Notes under the pieces: model-generated
Seen by the model: only the letters and a program-made list of their open reading frames with translations
What the model was told of the DNA's origin: nothing
Database searches by the model: none
Assembly: GCA_051942245.1 (NCBI GenBank)
Contig: JAVECL010000212.1
Coordinates: forward strand, 1-35,593
Origin: Trypethelium eluteriae
Taxonomy: Eukaryota
Reading direction: 5' to 3'
DNA length: 35,593 nt
Shown: piece by piece, positions 31,943 to 35,593 of the stretch
Layout: the number at the start of each line of letters is the position of its first letter
Numbering within the stretch: position 1 is the first letter of the stretch
Translations under genes and position numbers: made by a program

Positions 31943-34450
31943 ATGCAGTCTAAAATTCATGAAGAGGGTGAAAGTTCAATGATCACAACGACACGGAGTC
32001 AATTACAACACATGCAATGGTGGCTATATGATCGTGATCAGCCGGTCAAGACAGCAAGCCTCTGTCCAACCATGAATGAAAATCTCCAGCCTCTCCAATT
32101 CAAGATCCGATACCTGCTTGAAGTGTGCTTATCTCAAAGAGTCTTACATGAAGTCAATATTACCAGACCTTTCATTTCACGGCTGCTCTCCGAGGATTCA
32201 GATATCGTTACAAGTACCCTGGATAAGGCGGTCCATCCCAAGAAACAATTTGGCGTTGCTATGGACATTTTCAATCTCTTCTTGAGAGTGAGGTTTAGTG
32301 AGGAAAAGAAATCACTCAGGTTTAGCTCTCTTAGTACCGGGACCAGTGAGAGAGTCATTGAGCAGATCATACGAGCTTTACGGAAAGGCATTGTAGTGGC
32401 AGGGCGCCACTACAAATTCCTTACATTCGGGGATTCGCCATTCCGTGACCATGTCGCATACTTTTTCTCCCCTATCGAAGGTCTTAGCTGCGACCACATC
32501 CGAGCCTGGATGGGCGATTTCACGAAAATCACCAATGTGGGAGAGTACTGTTCTCTTCTCGGTCAGGGCTTTTTGACAAGTCGCGCGGTCCGTGGTTTAC
32601 ATCCTAGATTGAAGTTTCTCGAAGACGTAGTCAACGACAAATTCAACTTCACGGATGGCATTGGCAAGATTTCGAAGAACATGGCTTCGAGGATAGCAGC
32701 CGAATTGAATCTACCAAATGCATGGGAAGATCCACCAAGTGCCTTTCAAATCCAAATCGGCGGCTGCAAGGGCATGGTGGCTATTGACCCTCACCTTCCT
32801 GACTTATGTATTGGCCTACGTCCCAGCCAGGAGAAATTTTCGAGCGGAAATCGCGATCTAGAGGTCATTCGCGTGTCTAGCTTCTCTGCAGCGGCGCTAA
32901 ATCGACAGCTTATCTCCATTTTATCGACTCTGGGAGTACCAGATCAGATCTTCCGGAGCAAGATGAGCAGCATGGTGACAAAATTGGATGACGCAACGAA
33001 GGATGCCACCACTGCTGTCATCATGTTGCAGAAGAACGTCGATCGTAATCAGATATCATTGCAGTTAGCTGCAATGGTAATCAATGGTTTCATGGGATCA
33101 AATGAGCCATTTACAATGTCGCTTCTTCACCTCTGGAAAGCTTGGTTATTTAAATACATGAAAGAGAAGGCGAAGATCCTAATTGAAAATGGGGCATGCC
33201 TCCCTGGTGTTACTGACGAATCAAAGACACTAGGAGGTCATTTCGAAGGGCAACAATCCAATGCGAAGCGAACAGCTGAATCAATCTCTCCGAGCGATGG
33301 CCGAAAACAGGCATTCGGTATGAAGGCGGCAAGACAAGACATCTCCAGAAACCTCCCAGAGATCTTCATTCAGATTTCTGGCAATAAGGGCAACCCCCGA
33401 GACAGGAATTTTGGCAAGCCATGCTACAGAGTGATCGAAGGGGTCTGCCTGTTGGCTCGAAACCCCTCACTACATCCGGGAGACATTCGCGTTGTCCGGG
33501 CGGTAGACGTTGAGGCTCTCCATCACTTGAAAAATGTCGTAGTGTTTCCGCAAAACGGAGATCGCGACTTGGCGAGTATGTGTGCCGGAGGAGACCTCGA
33601 CGGAGACACTTATACGATTCTGTGGGATGAAGACCTCATTCCACGCGAAATCTACTATCCACCAGTTTTTGAGGGATCTAGTGCAGACAAGATGCCGGGT
33701 GAGAAGCCTGAGGGAGAGCTGAAGGGGAAGGGGAAGGAGAACCGAAAGGAGAACCGCAAGGAGGAGGTGCCAACAATAACAATCGATGACATGCGGGACT
33801 TCTTCGTACAATACTTGAGAAATGAAAGGTCAAATGATACGACATATCATTCTGAAAAGATTCTTGGCCAATTATATGACATGGTGGACATGGTCGACTT
33901 CACGCCGAATTTTGCACTCCCATTTGACAAACGCATTCTGGACGCATTCCCACCAAACGAAGACTTGATCAAGGCTCTAGCAAATATCAAGGAGCAATAC
34001 GATGCAGAAATACGCCGGATCATGGTGAACAATGGAATCAAGACTGAACTTGAGGTCTGGTCCTCTTTCGTCCTACAACACAACTCAGAGGGCGAAGACG
34101 ATACCTTCGCCGAAAAATTCGCCATGATCATGTCCGATGTCAAAGGGCATTATCGACTTATGATTGCAACGATGGGCGACGTCGGTGGAGTCAACGCTAA
34201 GCCACCTCTCCCAATTTTTGCGCATGCCATGTATCTCTTGACTGCGCGCCAGGTTTCAGCGGCACTGCAGAGGCGCAGATGGAATGAAAACATCACACCG
34301 TTGACGAGCTTTCCTTGGATTTTCCAGGACGAACTTGGGAGGCTTGCAAACCAGACGGAGATCACTACAAGTACAGGAGAAGTGGTGTCGCGCCATACCA
34401 ATCTACAATTACTTGAAATGGAGTTCAGGGGGGTGCACTTGGATTTCTAG
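31943..34450 (+). CDS. Cellular (RNAi) RNA-dependent RNA polymerase, divergent and internally deleted; true start uncertain
   Basis: Motifs FLRVRF, GRHYKFL.FG, IRAWMGDF, FTDGIGKIS, PSAFQIQIGGCKG, RPSQEKF, LNRQLI, ARNPSLHPGDIR, catalytic GGDLDGD (DLDGD at 33593-33607) and SFPWIF. A possible acceptor at 31915 suggests upstream exons. Confidence 0.93.
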   Translation: MQSKIHEEGESSMITTTRSQLQHMQWWLYDRDQPVKTASLCPTMNENLQPLQFKIRYLLEVCLSQRVLHEVNITRPFISRLLSEDSDIVTSTLDKAVHPKKQFGVAMDIFNLFLRVRFSEEKKSLRFSSLSTGTSERVIEQIIRALRKGIVVAGRHYKFLTFGDSPFRDHVAYFFSPIEGLSCDHIRAWMGDFTKITNVGEYCSLLGQGFLTSRAVRGLHPRLKFLEDVVNDKFNFTDGIGKISKNMASRIAAELNLPNAWEDPPSAFQIQIGGCKGMVAIDPHLPDLCIGLRPSQEKFSSGNRDLEVIRVSSFSAAALNRQLISILSTLGVPDQIFRSKMSSMVTKLDDATKDATTAVIMLQKNVDRNQISLQLAAMVINGFMGSNEPFTMSLLHLWKAWLFKYMKEKAKILIENGACLPGVTDESKTLGGHFEGQQSNAKRTAESISPSDGRKQAFGMKAARQDISRNLPEIFIQISGNKGNPRDRNFGKPCYRVIEGVCLLARNPSLHPGDIRVVRAVDVEALHHLKNVVVFPQNGDRDLASMCAGGDLDGDTYTILWDEDLIPREIYYPPVFEGSSADKMPGEKPEGELKGKGKENRKENRKEEVPTITIDDMRDFFVQYLRNERSNDTTYHSEKILGQLYDMVDMVDFTPNFALPFDKRILDAFPPNEDLIKALANIKEQYDAEIRRIMVNNGIKTELEVWSSFVLQHNSEGEDDTFAEKFAMIMSDVKGHYRLMIATMGDVGGVNAKPPLPIFAHAMYLLTARQVSAALQRRRWNENITPLTSFPWIFQDELGRLANQTEITTSTGEVVSRHTNLQLLEMEFRGVHLDF

Positions 34451-34751
34451 GCGAGGAGGGTGAACCAGAATGTATTACGGCTGACGATCCTGCCGTGCCT
34501 TCAGAGGCCGCCTCTCGTTCAAATCACGGATCTTGAGTCCTCGATTCGAGTGCGCCACAGTAGCGAGATAATAGCCCATTGCTGTATTATAGAAGTACAT
34601 AGGAGAACTGAATGCAATTTTGCTTGAAACTATAGCCTGAGATGTCTGTTGGAAAGATTTCCGTTGGGGACTGCCCCATCCCAATACTCGGTGATGTAAA
34701 TTCGATCCGTCTCCTCTCACCGAACAACTTCGGACCCGATAGTACTCCACC

Positions 34752-35593
34752 ATGCCGCAACCCACCACGCGCAATCGGATTCCACCACTTCTAGAAACCT
34801 ATCTTCACCTTCCTCGTGAGACCACGCTTGTCCTCCTTACCGGCATCCTCAATGCTTCCGCGAATTGGCTTGTAGTAAAATACCTGAGTGCTCTACTTGC
34901 CAATGATGCTTGGACGAATCGGAACCAGCTCGACAAAAAGGCTCCCGTGGAGGGTGAAAAGCTTGCTCTCAGAGAGAATGCAAACGAGGAGCTAGCTTCG
35001 GGACCTCGGGACAATGCAAATGTTTCAGCAGGGAAAAATATGCGTAACGGATCAGAGAATGAGAGTAGAGATGAGTATAGTGTCGTGCTGGTGAGCTGGA
35101 TGAGGGATTGGGAATTCTGGTCGATGGAGGGACGAAAAGTTGGCGTAAGTTACCCAGGTTAATTTTCCTGTTCCACTACAACTCTATTTTGCTCGTCACC
35201 CGATCAGACACTTAAGAAGTCCTTTGAACCTACTAAATTCCTCAGGGTCTTGACCTCCAAAGTCTTGCTCGACAAAAGCGGTTCGCGTTCGTGGATTGCT
35301 TGACAGGGCTGTTCGACAGCCCAAGCAACGAACAATCCGCATCAGGGAAATCTCAGAAAGCGTCTAGTCCCAGCATCAGCCCATTCTCCGCTGCAAAACC
35401 ATCTACGAGCTCTCCAGCAGCCACGCAGCCTGCATCCAGCCCACCGAGCTCAGGACCCAGCCAAAGGACGCCCCCACAACCCCGTCGTCCACCAGGAGCT
35501 CAAACTCAATCCAAGGACCTCCCCACCGAATCTCCATCTCGACCACACATCCTCACCCCACCCAACCCCTCCATCCCGGCCCTCAAATCCACC
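34752..35593 (+). CDS. ELP6: Elongator complex subunit 6, 5' partial; exons 34752-35144 and 35246 to the window end
   Basis: RIPPLLETYL.LP.ETTLVLLTGILNASANWLV..YL, VVLVSWMRDWEFW, and after a gtaagt...ctaa...cag intron GLDLQSL...RFAFVDCLTGLF. Confidence 0.88.

Noticed and set aside
33733..33765. KENR-KENR-KEE micro-repeat in the RdRP
   Set aside because: A 12-bp slippage duplication in a variable charged loop with no evident significance.
12526..35593. Biosynthetic gene cluster or Starship-type giant element
   Set aside because: No PKS, NRPS, terpene synthase or tyrosine-recombinase captain is visible. Most genes are unrelated housekeeping loci.

Overview
Filamentous ascomycete (Pezizomycotina) genomic DNA, judged from spliceosomal GT-AG introns with CTRAC/CTAAN branch sites and from repeat-induced point mutation (RIP). 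Bases 1-12259 are an AT-rich, RIP-decayed nest of transposons. It holds a pogo/Fot1-like DNA transposon inserted into a Ty3/Gypsy chromovirus. A complete 6.7-kb copy of the same family (two 495-bp LTRs, CCATC target-site duplication, Tf1-type self-priming PBS) is inserted in that older copy's RT, followed by a third LTR without a TSD and a probable hAT-like end. Bases 12260-35593 are gene-dense: a palmitoyl-protein thioesterase with an unexplained ~260-aa C-terminal extension, an APH-fold pseudokinase, a small Zn-ribbon orphan, RPS4, an intronless bacterial-like TIR/nucleoside-deoxyribosyltransferase-fold gene, HOM2, DLD1, a large coiled-coil protein, an RNAi RNA-dependent RNA polymerase with apparent in-frame deletions of conserved blocks, and the 5' part of ELP6. 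The best novelty candidates are the bacterial-like TIR-fold gene, the streamlined RdRP, the PPT1 fusion, the pseudokinase and a mirror-image RIP gradient across the paired LTRs. All family assignments come from motif recognition by eye; no searches were run.
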